64,000 nucleotides of DNA from Raillietiella orientalis. Its lineage: Eukaryota. The notes under the pieces were generated by a model that was not told where the DNA came from, made no database searches, and was given only the letters and a program-made list of their open reading frames with translations. The translations under genes were made by a program, and so were the position numbers. Positions 1-11,829 of this stretch are shown piece by piece (the first letter of the stretch is position 1; each line of letters opens with the position of its first letter). The stretch is taken from assembly GCA_036172245.1 (NCBI GenBank), contig JAYWIR010000008.1, positions 4,836,001-4,900,000 on the forward strand, in the 5' to 3' direction.

Positions 1-3000
1 CTTCCTCGTTCTCTTCCGAGAGAACAAGTGAGAACTGCACAGCATCCAACGCGAAGAGGGAATCCTCCTTTACCTGTGGTATCCTCGGAAGTGGATCGAA
101 GAAATCCAACTCGCTGGTTCTCCCAGGCAGCCTTCCTCTCTATTCCTGGAATTCCCAGCTTCGCTGGGGGAGATCTCTGGCGGAACGAATGCTCGCCGAC
201 TTCCTCCAGCAGCCTTTCAGGTTCACGCAGGGGGGAAGTGTCAGCGGCTCCGACTCCCAGGCCGCTTATTCCTTTAGGAGGATCTGCGCTTCCTTTCCTT
301 TCTCTGAACACCTCCCTTCGGCTCTCCTCCTCCATCCCTTTTCTGGACAAAGGGGTAGCCGTCGTCGTCGAGGGACTCGGTCCGATTCCTGTGCGGTTCT
401 CCATGTCCCTTTCACCTTCTTCCAGCAGCGAGCGCTAAGGGAAACCTTCCAGTGCGAAGAAAGCAGGATGCAAGCGGCCCCTACTGTCCTTACGAAAGCA
501 CGAGATTACCTGGTTTGTTTGGCCCGCATTTCAATGCAGGAACAATGAACCCCCGGAGAGGTGGTCACTCCTGGACAAAGGCGACGAGTTGAACAATGAC
601 ACCAGCTTGCACATTGCTCCTCCTCCGCGGTCTGGGGAAAGTGGATCACCGATGAGGGCACCGATCCGATCCGCCAGTGACGACCTGCGAGTAGGAATAA
701 GGTATGAGGCAACGGAGGCTGTCAGCAGGAAGCGGACGGCAGAAGAGCTCTACTCTTGGTCGAGAGCTCTTTTGGCAAGCGTGTCGTAACTGGCCCTTGC
801 AGCTGACGCAGACGCCACTTCCCTGTCTCAACTCTCCCTAACACGTATGCCAGACCCGGGTCTCAAGCGGACCATCGATGTCTCGAGCCTTCCAGAGAGG
901 TTTTGGCCGAATGTCCCCCGAAGATTTTCAGATTTTCTGGGTCTCGTGATCCACTCTCCCGGGAGAGGAGGTGTCGCTCAAAGGTTCCAGAGAAGAACGT
1001 CTCTTTCGACCCATCCCTTCCGCTTCTTCCTCCCCCTCTGCTGCGGCTGGAGGTGCTTTCTTCAGCTACCTTGCATGCCACGTTCGCTCCCTCCTCGGTC
1101 CATTTCCTACCACATTCCGGGAAAGCGGGGCGCAGCGGTTCAAAAGAGTTCTTCACGGGTTTGCTCCTTCTTGAGCGGACAAAAGGATCGAAGATGGGCG
1201 TTTGGGGTCGGAATTTGAGTTGCGCAGATCAGTGGTCAGGGAGCACAGGTGTAGAACCAGAGAGGCGGATGCCCCTTCATCCTCACATTCAGGTCTTATC
1301 TCGGTTACATCTTGACTTTTACCGGCTTACATGTCTCACCAGAGAGCGCTGCCACTTGCTCAGGAGCGCCCTGACAGTTCCTGAAACCAGCTGGAAGAGG
1401 AAAGGTCACATGGGGAAAAATGGAAACTCATGAGGGGAGGAAGCAGTACGGTAGACAGAGTATTGTTCTAGGTACATAGAAGGCGTGGGCTTCCTGAAGG
1501 GTGCACCTGCCCCGTCATCAGAGTGGACCAGAACTTCCATATCCCTTTCCCATGAGCTCTACTTGTTCTGATTCCTTTCGTTTTCACGTATAGGTCGGTG
1601 GGTAAGCAGGTTTCAATGGCTGTCGTAGCTCAAGTCAGAGTGAGTGAGATGGGTAGCTTGGCTTAGGTTAGGCTAGGTGGGGTAGGGAAGGTGCCTGCTT
1701 CTGTGTGACGTCTGCTTCATATGTCTTGTGACGTAGGGTAGTTAAGACTCAGCAGTGGTCTCTGGACAAGTCCCCCCTTGAAGACGAGCCTCCATGCTCT
1801 CCTGGAGACGGTATCGGCGTGTCGATTGCCGTGCTGACCACGTGGACCAGAACCGTCTCTGGCATTCAGAGACGAATGGTACAAGTGTAAAAGACAATGG
1901 AGAAAGTCAGGATATAGGTGGATCCCTTCACAAAGAACGGCATCTTCCTCTTCGGTGGAGGTCCAAGAAAGGTAACCTCGCTCACTCTGCTTCCATGTTC
2001 AGCTTTTCTTCCAGCACAGGTCCCGTTCCTCGCGCTTGCTTCACGTGGGTGAGTGAATTCTTTTGATCCTCGTGGAGTCGTCAAGGAAGATGCACCTCCG
2101 CAGCTACGCGGAGGATGGGGAGATGTAACTTCCTTCAGAGAGGTTCCCTTTGAGGCGCCTGTTGGAGCACTGGTGCAGCCTGAAGAGGCTTCCATCGTTT
2201 TCCAGAAGGAGAGCTGAACCAACGATGGTAGAGAAAGTCTGGCACGTTTTCACCAGTGGATTGGTGTCCTGATTTCCTATGTTCTCTTGGCAGCCCCAGT
2301 CAGACTTCTAAAGTGGTCAGCCAGTCAGCCATATCTTGTCGTCTGTTTATTCAGGTGCTGCCTGGTCTCATGCTTCCAGAGGAGCGCTTCTCATTGAGAT
2401 CAGAGATGCATCCGAGGAGCTCCAAAACTTTCTAAGATAAGAAGGAAGATAAGAAGAACCAACTGTATCTCTTCGAGGAGGAAGAAGCGAACCAAAGTTG
2501 GTGGGTTTTAGAAGGAAGTGGAAGTAGAGAAAGAAGAGTAGGGGAGAAAGGGAGATAAGAGGAGATGAACAGTAGGCTCTGAAGAAAAATGAGGCATCGA
2601 AAAGACAGCTCCCCTAGAATGTTCCTCTCTGTTCCAGGGCGCGTAGCACCAGGAGGGCCCGGATTTTCTAGGATCTTCGAATGCTCGCGACTATCCGGTG
2701 CTAAGCTGGCAGAGACGAACGAATCGAGAAGCTGTGGTGGGCTCTTCCTTTATCCACAGCTTCCTCAGAGGGGAAAATCCACGACAACCGGGAAAGAGCC
2801 TGGCTCTTCGGTTCGCGCAGCATCCCAAGGTCGGATCCCATAAGACGAAGGAAGCCAGCTTTTGTTGTTTCTTTTTCTTTTTTCAGGGTAGACCAGTAAT
2901 GGTGGTCAGAGTGCATTGTGCGATCTTTCCGAAGCGTTTTGGGAAAGGGAGGACCCTTAGCTCCCTACTGACATGTTTTCGGATTCAGGGAGGTTCAGAG

Positions 3001-4989
3001 GGGCGCTTGTGTTGACTTTCTCGCCGTCAACAGCTTCTTTTTCCTTCTAGGTCAAAGGATCAGTGGACCAGATGCGGTCAAGAGCGCCAGAGATCCCCTC
3101 TAGGGGTGTCAGGTGGTCCCATATCAACAGCTCGTCTGAGGTGGACGCACACAGCCGGTAGCTTATCCCGGCCTCTTTCCTAGGAGACGGAGGGTGCCGC
3201 TTACCACCGCTGTCTCTTCTCAACACGGTCCACTTCGCCCCACAGAGCCGTCCGCCGTTTCCCCCGCGCACTTTCGTCGCCTCGAGGCAGCTTCCTTCTT
3301 GCTGGCTCCACACGCCGGGATTGCCCTGAGAACTCCCGGGAGAAGGGCAAGATGCCTGTGATCCTTGCGCAGCTCTTAAAAGGAAGCGCCTCCTACGGGA
3401 TCTCCGCTTCGACGTAAGAGGGGGAAGGATCCCTGTCCCTCATCTCCTCTGAGGATTCCGCCTCCTCCATTTCTTTTCCGTCCCTTGATCCGTCTCGCGG
3501 GGTGCGCTGCGCTCCCTGACGCCTCTGCGACGTGCGCGTCTCCCCCGCCGCCCACCCAGGGAGAAGCTGAGAAAATGAGGCGGTGAGGCCACAAGTTGTC
3601 CCTCTCCCTCCTCCTCCTTCCCTCCACTTTCACCCCCGCCCTCGCAGTAGGAGAATCAAGCGCGCACAAATGCCGGAGCAAACCGCAGCCGAATGAGCCC
3701 TTCCCGACGACGGGAGACCCTAGAGGTTCCCTCGTGGCAGGGTCCGCGAGCACCACGCTTTGCGTTTCCCCCTTCTCTTCCGGCGGAGCGGTTCCTTCGT
3801 TTTGATGCCTTTTTCTCCAGCACGTCGATGACACCCACTAGCAGCGCCTGTTCGTTGAAAGTGGCGAGGGCTCCTCCCCCTGCCACCAACAAGCGGGCCT
3901 TGCCGGTTCCCCGATGTGCCCACAGATCCCTGTATGAGTGGCTCTTTCGTTTAATACTAGGGCGCCGCTTTCTGCAGCGTTCGTCTGCCCGTAGGCTTTT
4001 TGCGAGGGGTCATTGCCGATCCCATACTCTCGCTTCCCACCCGCACATCTCTTCCTCTCTCTAGGATGTTACTCTCCTTTCTCGACCTTTCTCAAAGACC
4101 TTACCAACCATTGGGCGCGTTCCCTTGGCTACCGGACCAGGAACCTTAGAGATCGCTGAGGGTCTGGGACGATGGTAGGAAAAGGAAGGAAGGGCAGCAA
4201 AGGGAAGGGAATGAGCAAGGGGAGAAATAGGGAAGGAGGAGAGGGATGAGATTTCCTGGAGTCAACTGCTCCTCACTGTCAAAGGGGAAAGGAAAAGGCG
4301 TAGACGTGCGTGTTCTCGGTCTTCGAAACCCGGCTGTCTCACGAGATTTGCCCCACGACCGCATATGAGGAGAGGTCAGGACGTGCGGGTGAGAGGTCAA
4401 GACATGGGAGAGGGAAGAAACGGAGAGAGGATGCAGGGAAAAGAGGAGGCGGGCAGGCATCAGAATCCTCCAGCCCGACTCGAGGTGCCTGACCGTTGAC
4501 TCTCTCATCCGGAACGTCACCCTAGAAACTCCCCAAAGGCAATGGAGACGACCGACCCTCTTCTCTCCTTCTCCAACTTCTGCACTTCTACAGACAGGGA
4601 TAAGAGGAGACTGCTGCCTCCGGAAGAATGTCGACATGCGCACTGAGACCTTGTTTTGAGCATTTCCTCCTGGAAGGGAAAAAAAAAGTCTCTCCTCCTT
4701 TGTCCTCTAGGTGGAAAGGTCCTTGACTCACAGCATCCGTGTTCCACGTCTTCAGAGAGTCCCTGGCACCGTCGAATGGTGTCGGGTAGGCTCTTTGGGA
4801 GTTTTTGGAGAGAAAAAAAAGGGGTGAAAGAGGATAGCAGGGAGGTTTATGAGATGGGTCGTGGAGACAAGAGGGAATGCTAGACTACTCCAGTATGGTC
4901 CTGCTTCGGTCTCCCTAAGTATCACCAACGGCCTGAAGAATGCTGGATACTGGCACTGTTGGACTATAGGGAAGAGTAGGCTATTGTAC

Positions 4990-5100
4990 CTATCCTTCTC
5001 TTCTTCCTTTTCTCCTCTCTCCATTCTCGTTCCTCCCCCTTCCTTCCTTCTTCCTTTCTTCCTTCCTTCTTCTCCACCTCCTTTCCTTCCCTTCTCCTCC
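4990..5100. repeat. Polypyrimidine (CTT/CCT) low-complexity tract
   Basis: Almost purely C/T; similar tracts occur at 40885-40965 (purine) and 45180-45300. Confidence 0.7.
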
Positions 5101-7469
5101 ACGCGGTCTTCATCGTCGTGGAGTCTCCATCACTTCGCCCACCAAATCTCTGCAAGAAGAGCTGCGTCCGGATATCTCAGCATCTCAGCTCCTCTACAGA
5201 GACAAACGTAATCTTCGGATGGCACTAGCGGAGCGTCTCGTCTCATGATGACTGCTCTGATAGCGTCTCCTTGGAAATTTTTTTCTGATCTCTGAACAGT
5301 TTTTTCATCTGGGATGCTGCTCTTCCGACAAACCTCGAGGACACCTCTTTTCCTAGCACCTGATTGCCTGGAGAGTTGTGGCTCCCGGAACCTTGTGTGG
5401 CAGCCGGCGGTACCAAAAGGTATCAAGTGATGCCCGATCCAGGAGGGTGCAAGCACTAACGGTTCAGTTCGGGGTACGAAGGGAGCCTCCAAGGAGTCCC
5501 TCCGAAGTCTTTGCTGAGGGCGGGAGGTCCTCTCGGCCGAGACGACGGCAGCTAGGAGAGAGCGCGCTTCCGGCAACGTCTCGGGAGCTTTCGGACCCCC
5601 GGAGCACGAAATGGAATTGGGTCGGAGGGGAATTTAGGATTTGCCCAAAGTGTGCGCATGCTCCGAAAAGTGGACGCTCGACAGAAGAGTCCCAGGAGAT
5701 CAGGGAGAATCCTGCTACCGGACCGGAGATCCTAGAAGAGAGCTCTTCAGGCACCTCCTGCTCTCCCCACGGCCTTCTTGATGCCGGAAGAGGGGCGGAG
5801 GCAGAGAAAGGGCCTTCAGCCGGGACGTTCGGGAAGTCTGAGGCTCCAGAATAGGAACGGGAAAGGGCATCGTTCCCTCTCTCTCTCCACCTGCCTAGTC
5901 AGTGGGATGACTACCTGTCAGAAGGATTTGAGATGAGAGATAAAGGACGATGGGAACAAAGAGAAGAGAACGCAGAGAAGGAGGAGAAGAAAAAAGAAGC
6001 CAGTCGTCCCCCCAGTTGCGGACTTCCGGCATTCCCCTCTCCCTTTCGACAGGGCTCCTCCCACCTCTTTTGCCCTGGACCGGCCACGCCCCCCTCGGGT
6101 AGCGGCATCTCCAGGCAAAGTTCGCGCGCGCGCGTTAGCGTCGCAGCCACCGCCTTCCCCACTCCTTCCTCTCTTCTCTCAGAGGAATTCGGAAGTAAAG
6201 GGGAAGGGGGTCAGAGGAGGAATAGAGCGATTGCGCGCTCGGTTCGGTGGGGGTAGCTCTCGTCGTCGTCGTCCCCCCACCTTCTTCCCTGCGCAGCGCG
6301 GGATCCGAAGCGGCGCCGGCGCCGGCGCAACGCACGGAGGGTTCGAAAGCCTCGTCTCTCTCTCCCTCCCTCTTACCGCACGCGCGCGCGCGGGCGATTC
6401 GTGTCGAAAGGGCCATGTCGTCAGAGGGGGACCGGGCTCCGTCGCCGCCGAAAATCTCTATTTTTAGTGAGGGTCGTCCCGTAATCGCCAGATCGTGACC
6501 ACCTCCACCTCCCGGGGCTCGGAACTCTCCTCTTCCTCCTCCTCTTCTCACCTCACGGATCTTCTGGCGTCGGGATGAGACCCGCGGAAGCGCGACTTTC
6601 GATCGGAAGATCAGGCCAGCTGGGAGCTAGAGGGCGCCAGGAGCGATTTCGCGTGGGCGCTCCGGGCCGCCCTCTCGCCTGCTTGCCTGGCTCGGCGGAA
6701 GGTTGCCGAAGGCCACTCGAGAGTGGGCGGCTAGGCGCTTCTGGGGATCGATAGTTCCCCGCGACACCCTCGAGAGACCGATCGCCATGGTTAGGAAGAG
6801 ACAATGCCTCGGCAACAAGATGCCGCACTTCCGTCCCCTTTGTTGTTGCACCTCATCCTTGTCCACCCCTCTTTTCCTCACCTCACTCTGAGTTCTTTCA
6901 ACTCATCCCATTTCCAACGGGATTCGGGGTGGTCTTTGAGGGTTTTTTTTTTTTAGTCCCCATTTTCGTTTCCCAGGGTGCTGCAAGGACGAGCGCTTGC
7001 CTCCCGGAGGACCACCTTCCGAGATCCAAGAAGAGCTGGATGCTAGGCTGGATGAAGGAGGATGCTGGATGGGGAGGGAGGTCGAGCCCAAGATCCCAGG
7101 CACCCACAGAGCAGACGAGGTAAGCATCCAGGAAGAAAGGAGCCCGACCGGGTGGCCCTTTCCAGCTGCCGGAACGCGGGACGGAAGGAAGCGTAGTGAC
7201 CAACGAGCCGCACCTTGTGGTGATGCTGTCATCTCCCACGCTACCCGAACAGGGCCGTCTCCTTCTGAAGAATAGAAACCGAGAAGAAGGGAGGTGTGCA
7301 GACGGGGAACGCACCCATCTTCTCCTGGAATAGCCACCGTCTGAATAGCAAGAGTGCACTGAGGAACCGCCGCCTATTCCTTCTCTTCCTCTTCTTCCCC
7401 CCTACCGTCATTGTCATCACCATTGCCATCCTCTCTTTTCCATCCTTGTCTCCGTTTATAGCATCGCTG

Positions 7470-8780
7470 CTCAGGACCCTTACGGATCCTTCGACAGAAA
7501 GCTTATTCTTTCTGGTAGCATATCTCTCAGAGTTTTCGCCATCTTTGGGGGTGCATGGGAGCTTGTGCTCTGCCTCCTCATCCGCCGGTTCCATCCTCCT
7601 GGATCTCTGGAGGGGAGAGTGGAAGGCAGGGGAGAAGCCACGTCGCGAGGGGAGGGTGCTCTCTGCGGAGAGGTCGTCACTCCTCGAGAGCGGCGTTTCC
7701 AGTAGCGCTGAACTAAAGGACGTCGTCTCCAGGAGCACGTGCGTGCACGCGAAGACCGACCGAGCTTGGCTTCAAAGAGAGTCAACGAGGAAGCTCTCTG
7801 CCATCCTCCCCTTTGTCCCTCAACCGAGGCGGAAAGACCCTCTTTCTGGTCAGCTGGTCCTGCAACTCCACTTGAGCGGATCCACGAGGGAGGCTGGCTG
7901 GTTGTACTCCGAAGCAAAGATCCAGGGCAACTTTCTCTTCGGCCGCCAGGTCGAACCATTGCCCTACGCCCCGTCTCGATCCCGAGGGTATGGATCTTCC
8001 AGTCGGTTCTTCGCTGGAGACCAACGTGCCTGCTTCCGCGCTCCTTTAGGTCGCTGGCGGAACGCGAAGGAGTCGGGAGAGACTTCGGACCGGACCCCGA
8101 GAAAGCGGAGACGTGTAGCTCCCGAAACACTAGGCATGGAATGCGGCCCCTGGTAAGTTTCCAGTCTTTCCAGAAGAGGGGGCGAACGAGATGAATCGGC
8201 CACTCCTGAGCCTGAAATTCCATCCTCCACTAGAAGCGCAGGTGAGGAGAGATGATTCGGCAAACGTTCAGACAGGTCGATCCCTTCTTTCCAAGGATCA
8301 CATGGTCTAGGATCGCGGGAAAATCGTGGCAGCTCATTCAGAATCCCTTCCTACTCAAGATACCACTGACCCGATTAGCTGCCCTGCGATCTTCGATGTT
8401 GGCAACGGCTCTTAATCCCCATCTCCTTTCCATCTGGCTCATCCTGGGAACCCGGGCAGTTGTCTTCCCTTCCTCGAGGTATTCGCAGGAGCTGAAGGAG
8501 TCTGGGTTTCCTCGAGAGGGTGATGGGGAGGGGCAGGAACGGAGGTCGGACCTTTCCCCCTCTGGAGAGAGCGATGAGGTCTATAGGAACGCCTCAGGTT
8601 ATCGACTCTATCAGGTTCGTAGAAAATCTTGGTCGACCCCTTCCCTCCTGCCCCCTTCGCCCAGTTTCAGTTCTCTCGAAACGGGTCTTCCGAGAAGCGC
8701 TGCTCCAGCCCCCGGAAGTCGATGCAGCCGAGGACGTTTGGAAAGATCGCACAATGCTGGCTGCTGAACTTCAGGGAACA
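7470..8780 (+). pseudogene. Decayed hAT-family transposase
   Basis: Ordered degenerate motifs: TESLFFLVAY (~TxSYxxVTAH), GEW, TCVHAK (~CxAHxL), MLATALNP (~LATxLDP), PVSVLSKRVF (~PxSSVxSERxFS, dimerisation domain). Called by eye only. Confidence 0.5.
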
Positions 8781-9147
8781 CCCCACTTCCGATCTCCTCT
8801 CTCCTTCCACCTATCCCTCTGTGGTGAAGGACTGCTAGGCTTTGAGGCCTCCTGGCGGAGGCGTGGATTTAAGGATCCCCTTCCTCTGGTCGGGCGCGGA
8901 AGCGTCCCGGGAAAGGAAAGGGAGGAGGAAGAAGGGGGTCTGGGAGCAGACCTCTTCCACTTAGGAGAGAGGAAGCAAAAGCGGCTTTCCAGGGAAGTCG
9001 GAGGCCGAGGATCTCCCCGGGGGCCAAAAAAAAGCGCCGACGTCACGCGCCGCGCGGGGCAGCTGTCGGCCGGCTTTCGCAAGAGCGCGCATCGCCTTGC
9101 CCAAGCGAGGAGGCGACGGTGACGGCGGCGGCGACACGCGCGCGCGG

Positions 9148-9242
9148 GGGCCTTGACCGTCCCCTCTCCCCTCCCCCCCTCTGACTGGTAGAAAGTGAAG
9201 GTGCTGCTCCTCCTCGGCGCGCTCGTGCCAGAGGTATTTAAA
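9148..9242 (+). promoter_or_regulatory. Core promoter of + strand cuticle gene: FTZ-F1-like site (9148-9156), shared 19-mer GGTAGAAAGTGAAGGTGCT (9187-9205), TATA box TATTTAAA (9235-9242)
   Basis: The same motifs occur in the same order and orientation upstream of the paralog. Confidence 0.7.
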
Positions 9243-9382
9243 CCAAACCTCCGCGGTCCTCACCTACGAAGACTGGACGGCATCGTCCCGGTGAAGACAC
9301 GGAGCAGAGCAGGCACCGCCCCCACCACAGCTCACTTGGACCCGAAGTAGCAGGCACTGGCAGAACCTCCGCCACTGTAGCC

Positions 9383-9394
9383 ATGGACGCGAAG
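9383..9394 (+). CDS. Exon 1 (MDAK) of + strand cuticular protein
   Basis: GCC ATG G context and GTACGT donor, ~140 nt downstream of TATTTAAA. The paralog has the equivalent MNAK/GTACGT exon. Very short first coding exons are typical of arthropod CPR genes. Confidence 0.8.
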
Positions 9395-11410
9395 GTACGT
9401 GGCCCAGGACCTCAGGGTTAGCGCAAGGCGGTGGGGGAGCTGTCTACCGGATGGCAGGCCTATAGGAGCGGAGACTTTTCCCTGCCTTCCCTTTCCCCCG
9501 AAAGGGATGGAGAGGGAGCATGAAACGGGGTGCTGCGAGGAGGCGACAGTGCGTTTCCGGGAGCGCGGCAGGGAAAGCGCGGAAGCAGTGCATAAGTTCT
9601 TTCCCAGTCATTGGGGACTCCTCCACCCCTGCCCCTTTGCTCTGAGGCACTGGGCTGCCAAGATGAGAATAAGGAAGGAGGTTGGTGCCTTCCCCCTGGA
9701 TGAGTCCCTGACCGCGTGGAGGCGAGTAATAAGTTCGAGGGAAGGGGAAGGGGAGGACCTCCTTGCTTCCCTGGACTCCCAGCTCCGGAAACAGATGGCA
9801 TGGAGGTCCTTTCTTTGGATTAAAAGGCGAGGATGGAAGGGAAGAGCTCTATCAACTGGACCCCTATCGCACCACCCTCCGGTCGTGGACCCGCTCTGAA
9901 CCGGCCCTCGGCCGTTCACGGTCACTTTTCCTTTTTCCTTCCTCCCCCCTTGCTCCAGATCATCCTCCAAGCATGCTCCCCTCCCTCCATCTCTTCGGGA
10001 AGACACCACCCCGGAGCGAACTTCACGCGCCCAGGGGAGAGTGGACGACAACCTTCCTGGAGGAGAGCTGCCAATCTCACGACATTCGTGGGAGAGAACG
10101 GAATAAGTCGAGGACCGCTCGCATTTGTCTGCGCCCGTCTCGAGCACGAGGAGACACAGGAGAGGCACAGCGCTGCCTGGCAACCCCTCCAGACTGGGCG
10201 CATCCAAGGCAAACAGAAGGCCTTGCTTGCCTGCGCGCGGAGCTTCCCCCGCCCTGCAGGCAGGAGGTGTCAAGCTCCGGCAGCTTCCGACTCGCCCTCT
10301 GGAAAGGATTGTCGAAGCTCACGAGGTCATCCGCGCGTGAATTCGCATGTCTCTTCCGCCTGCGTTCATCTCCCTCCTCCCTTTTTCCCACTGTGCTCAT
10401 CCCATCGCTGCGTGTTTCCAGTTGTTGCTGATCACCTCTCTGGCGCTCCTGTCGATGAGTGCCGTCACCAGCCAACGCTACCAGTCTTCCGACTACGACG
10501 ACGGCGCCGCCCAGAGGTACTCTGCCGGTGGCGCTTCGCCCTACTCCTCCGCCTCCTCCTACTCCTCTTACTCGAAGAAGGACGAAGACCAGTACTACGT
10601 GAGTTGAGTGCGGTGGGACGCGAAAGGGAAGGGAATGGATATTCGGGGGGGGGGGGGAGGGAGGGGAAAGAGGAAGGAAAGAAAAGAAAAGGAACAGAAC
10701 GAACGAACCGCGTTCCCTTCCATGTCCAGGACCCGCCCAAGTACTCCTTCGACTACAAGGTGAAAGACGACTACTACAACACGGACTTCGGCCACTCCGA
10801 GTCCCGGGACGGCGAGTACACGCAGGGCACCTACCACGTGCTGCTGCCCGATGGTAGAATGCAGACGGTGACGTACACGGTGGACGGCGGCAGCGGCTAC
10901 GTTGCCGAAGTGCAGTACTCTGGAGACGCGTCCTATGACCAGAAGGATAGCGCCTACGGGAACGGGAACGGCAAGGTGCGCTACTCGTCGCGGGACGACA
11001 GCAGCCCGCGCTTCTCGCAGTACGCCGGACAAGGGACGGACTCGCTGTATTCCCGGTACGCGAGCTCGAAGAGGGACTCGCAGTATTCTTCCGGTTCCGG
11101 AAGAGGGAAGGACTCGCAGTACGAGCTGGAGGAAGCTCAAGGAAAGAACTCCAGATACGCTGGTCAGGGACGAGAATCCCAGTACGACCAGTACTCGAGT
11201 CAAGGACGAGAGTCCCAGTACGAGCAGTACTCGAATCAGGGAAGAGACTCCCGGTACAACCAACTCAACGGCCAAGGAAGAGACTCGCGTTACAGCCAGC
11301 TTAACGGCCAAGGAAGAGAGTCCCGTTACTCTCTGAATTCTGGACAAAGCAGGAACTCGCGGCAGCGTTCGTACGCCGGCCAGGGATCGAGTTCCCTATA
11401 CTTGAGATGA
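9383..11410 (+). CDS. Cuticular protein with RR-2 type chitin-binding (Chitin_bind_4) domain, pro-resilin-like; exons 9383-9394, 10422-10598, 10730-11410; 289 aa
   Basis: Exon 1 is ATG GAC GCG AAG followed by GTACGT. Acceptor TTTCCAG ends at 10421, donor GTGAGT starts at 10599, acceptor GTCCAG ends at 10729, all phase 0. The spliced protein starts MDAKLLLITSLALLSMSAVTS (signal peptide). It contains YSFDYKVKDDYYNTDFGHSESRDGEYTQGTYHVLLPDGRMQTVTYTVDGGSGYVAEVQY, matching the R&R consensus. TATA lies upstream, AATAAA downstream, and the paralog has the same structure. Confidence 0.93.
10377..11221 (+). repeat. Left arm of ~0.8 kb inverted repeat (partner 16871-17680)
   Basis: Near-identical reverse complement including intron 2 and its G-run; the right arm lacks one 36-nt unit. 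Confidence 0.92.
10422..10598 (+). CDS. Exon 2 (signal peptide, Ser/Tyr-rich N-terminus) of + strand cuticular protein
   Basis: 177 nt between a pyrimidine tract+CAG and GTGAGT; encodes LLLITSLALLSMSAVTSQRY...KKDEDQYY. Confidence 0.9.
10730..11410 (+). CDS. Exon 3 (RR-2 domain + 12-aa repeat tail) of + strand cuticular protein
   Basis: 3' part of ORF 9833..11410, from DPPKYSF to TGA; R&R motif; C/G-ending codon bias. Confidence 0.93.
   Translation, partial: DPPKYSFDYKVKDDYYNTDFGHSESRDGEYTQGTYHVLLPDGRMQTVTYTVDGGSGYVAEVQYSGDASYDQKDSAYGNGNGKVRYSSRDDSSPRFSQYAGQGTDSLYSRYASSKRDSQYSSGSGRGKDSQYELEEAQGKNSRYAGQGRESQYDQYSSQGRESQYEQYSNQGRDSRYNQLNGQGRDSRYSQLNGQGRESRYSLNSGQSRNSRQRSYAGQGSSSLYLR
11030..11386 (+). 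repeat. Coding ~36-nt tandem repeat (QGR[D/E]S[Q/R]Yxxxxx units)
   Basis: QGRESQYDQYSS / QGRESQYEQYSN / QGRDSRYNQLNG / QGRDSRYSQLNG / QGRESRYSLNSG / QSRNSRQRSYAG, plus degenerate upstream units. Confidence 0.85.
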
Positions 11411-11537
11411 GGTGGGCAGCCAGACACTCAACGGTGGAGGCGGAAGCCTCAACGTCAGCTATCCTGTGAACATCTTTCCCTCTTCCCCTTCCTCCTCTTC
11501 ATCCGGAGCGGTTCTCGACTCCTACCGTCCTGAGACC

Positions 11538-11543
11538 AATAAA
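11538..11543 (+). terminator. Polyadenylation signal AATAAA of + strand cuticle gene
   Basis: AATAAA ~130 nt after the TGA. Confidence 0.6.
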
Positions 11544-11829
11544 AGGATGATCGGATTTCGCTGCGTTGGGGGGGCGGAAGAGGAAGTTGCCACTTGTTAC
11601 GTCCTCTGGAAGAGCTGGAGGCGCGAAGCAGCTACATCCTCCGCGGCTTCCCGCGGAACCTCCTGGCGGGGCTCAGCGTGTCAGAAGGCCGGAGGCGGGC
11701 TACCGAAGCAGAGCGAGCTGGAGAGAGCACTCTCATTCGCACTAGTCTTGTCCTAGTGAGCTCTTCAGGAAAACTTTCGACGAAATGAACCCTGGAGGCC
11801 TTGCTGAAGGGTCCTCCAGGAATCTTTCC

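Noticed and set aside
1480..2370. Possible Penelope-like relic and hammerhead core (CTGATGA at ~1522-1516, minus); similar hints at 44170-44500 and 47110-47480
   Set aside because: Only 3-5 residue motif resemblances (VTFL, FLH, LADHF) in inconsistent order; no GAAA/stem set completing a hammerhead.
6100..6900. CpG-rich stretch as a promoter or exon of another gene
   Set aside because: No recognisable protein or consistent splice structure; the whole window is CpG-rich.
9833..10729. N-terminal ~300 aa of the 525-aa ORF 9833..11410 (and 17328-17948 of the 384-aa ORF)
   Set aside because: It reads through intron sequence and exon 2 in the wrong frame; the spliced model gives a signal peptide and canonical splice sites in both paralogs.
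11160..11345. 36-nt periodic repeat as a CRISPR-like array
   Set aside because: In-frame coding tandem repeat without unique spacers, in a eukaryotic exon; no cas genes.
10595..11347. Long antisense ORFs over the cuticle exons (10595..11347 -, 16863..17462 +)
   Set aside because: Shadow ORFs produced by C/G-ending codon bias.
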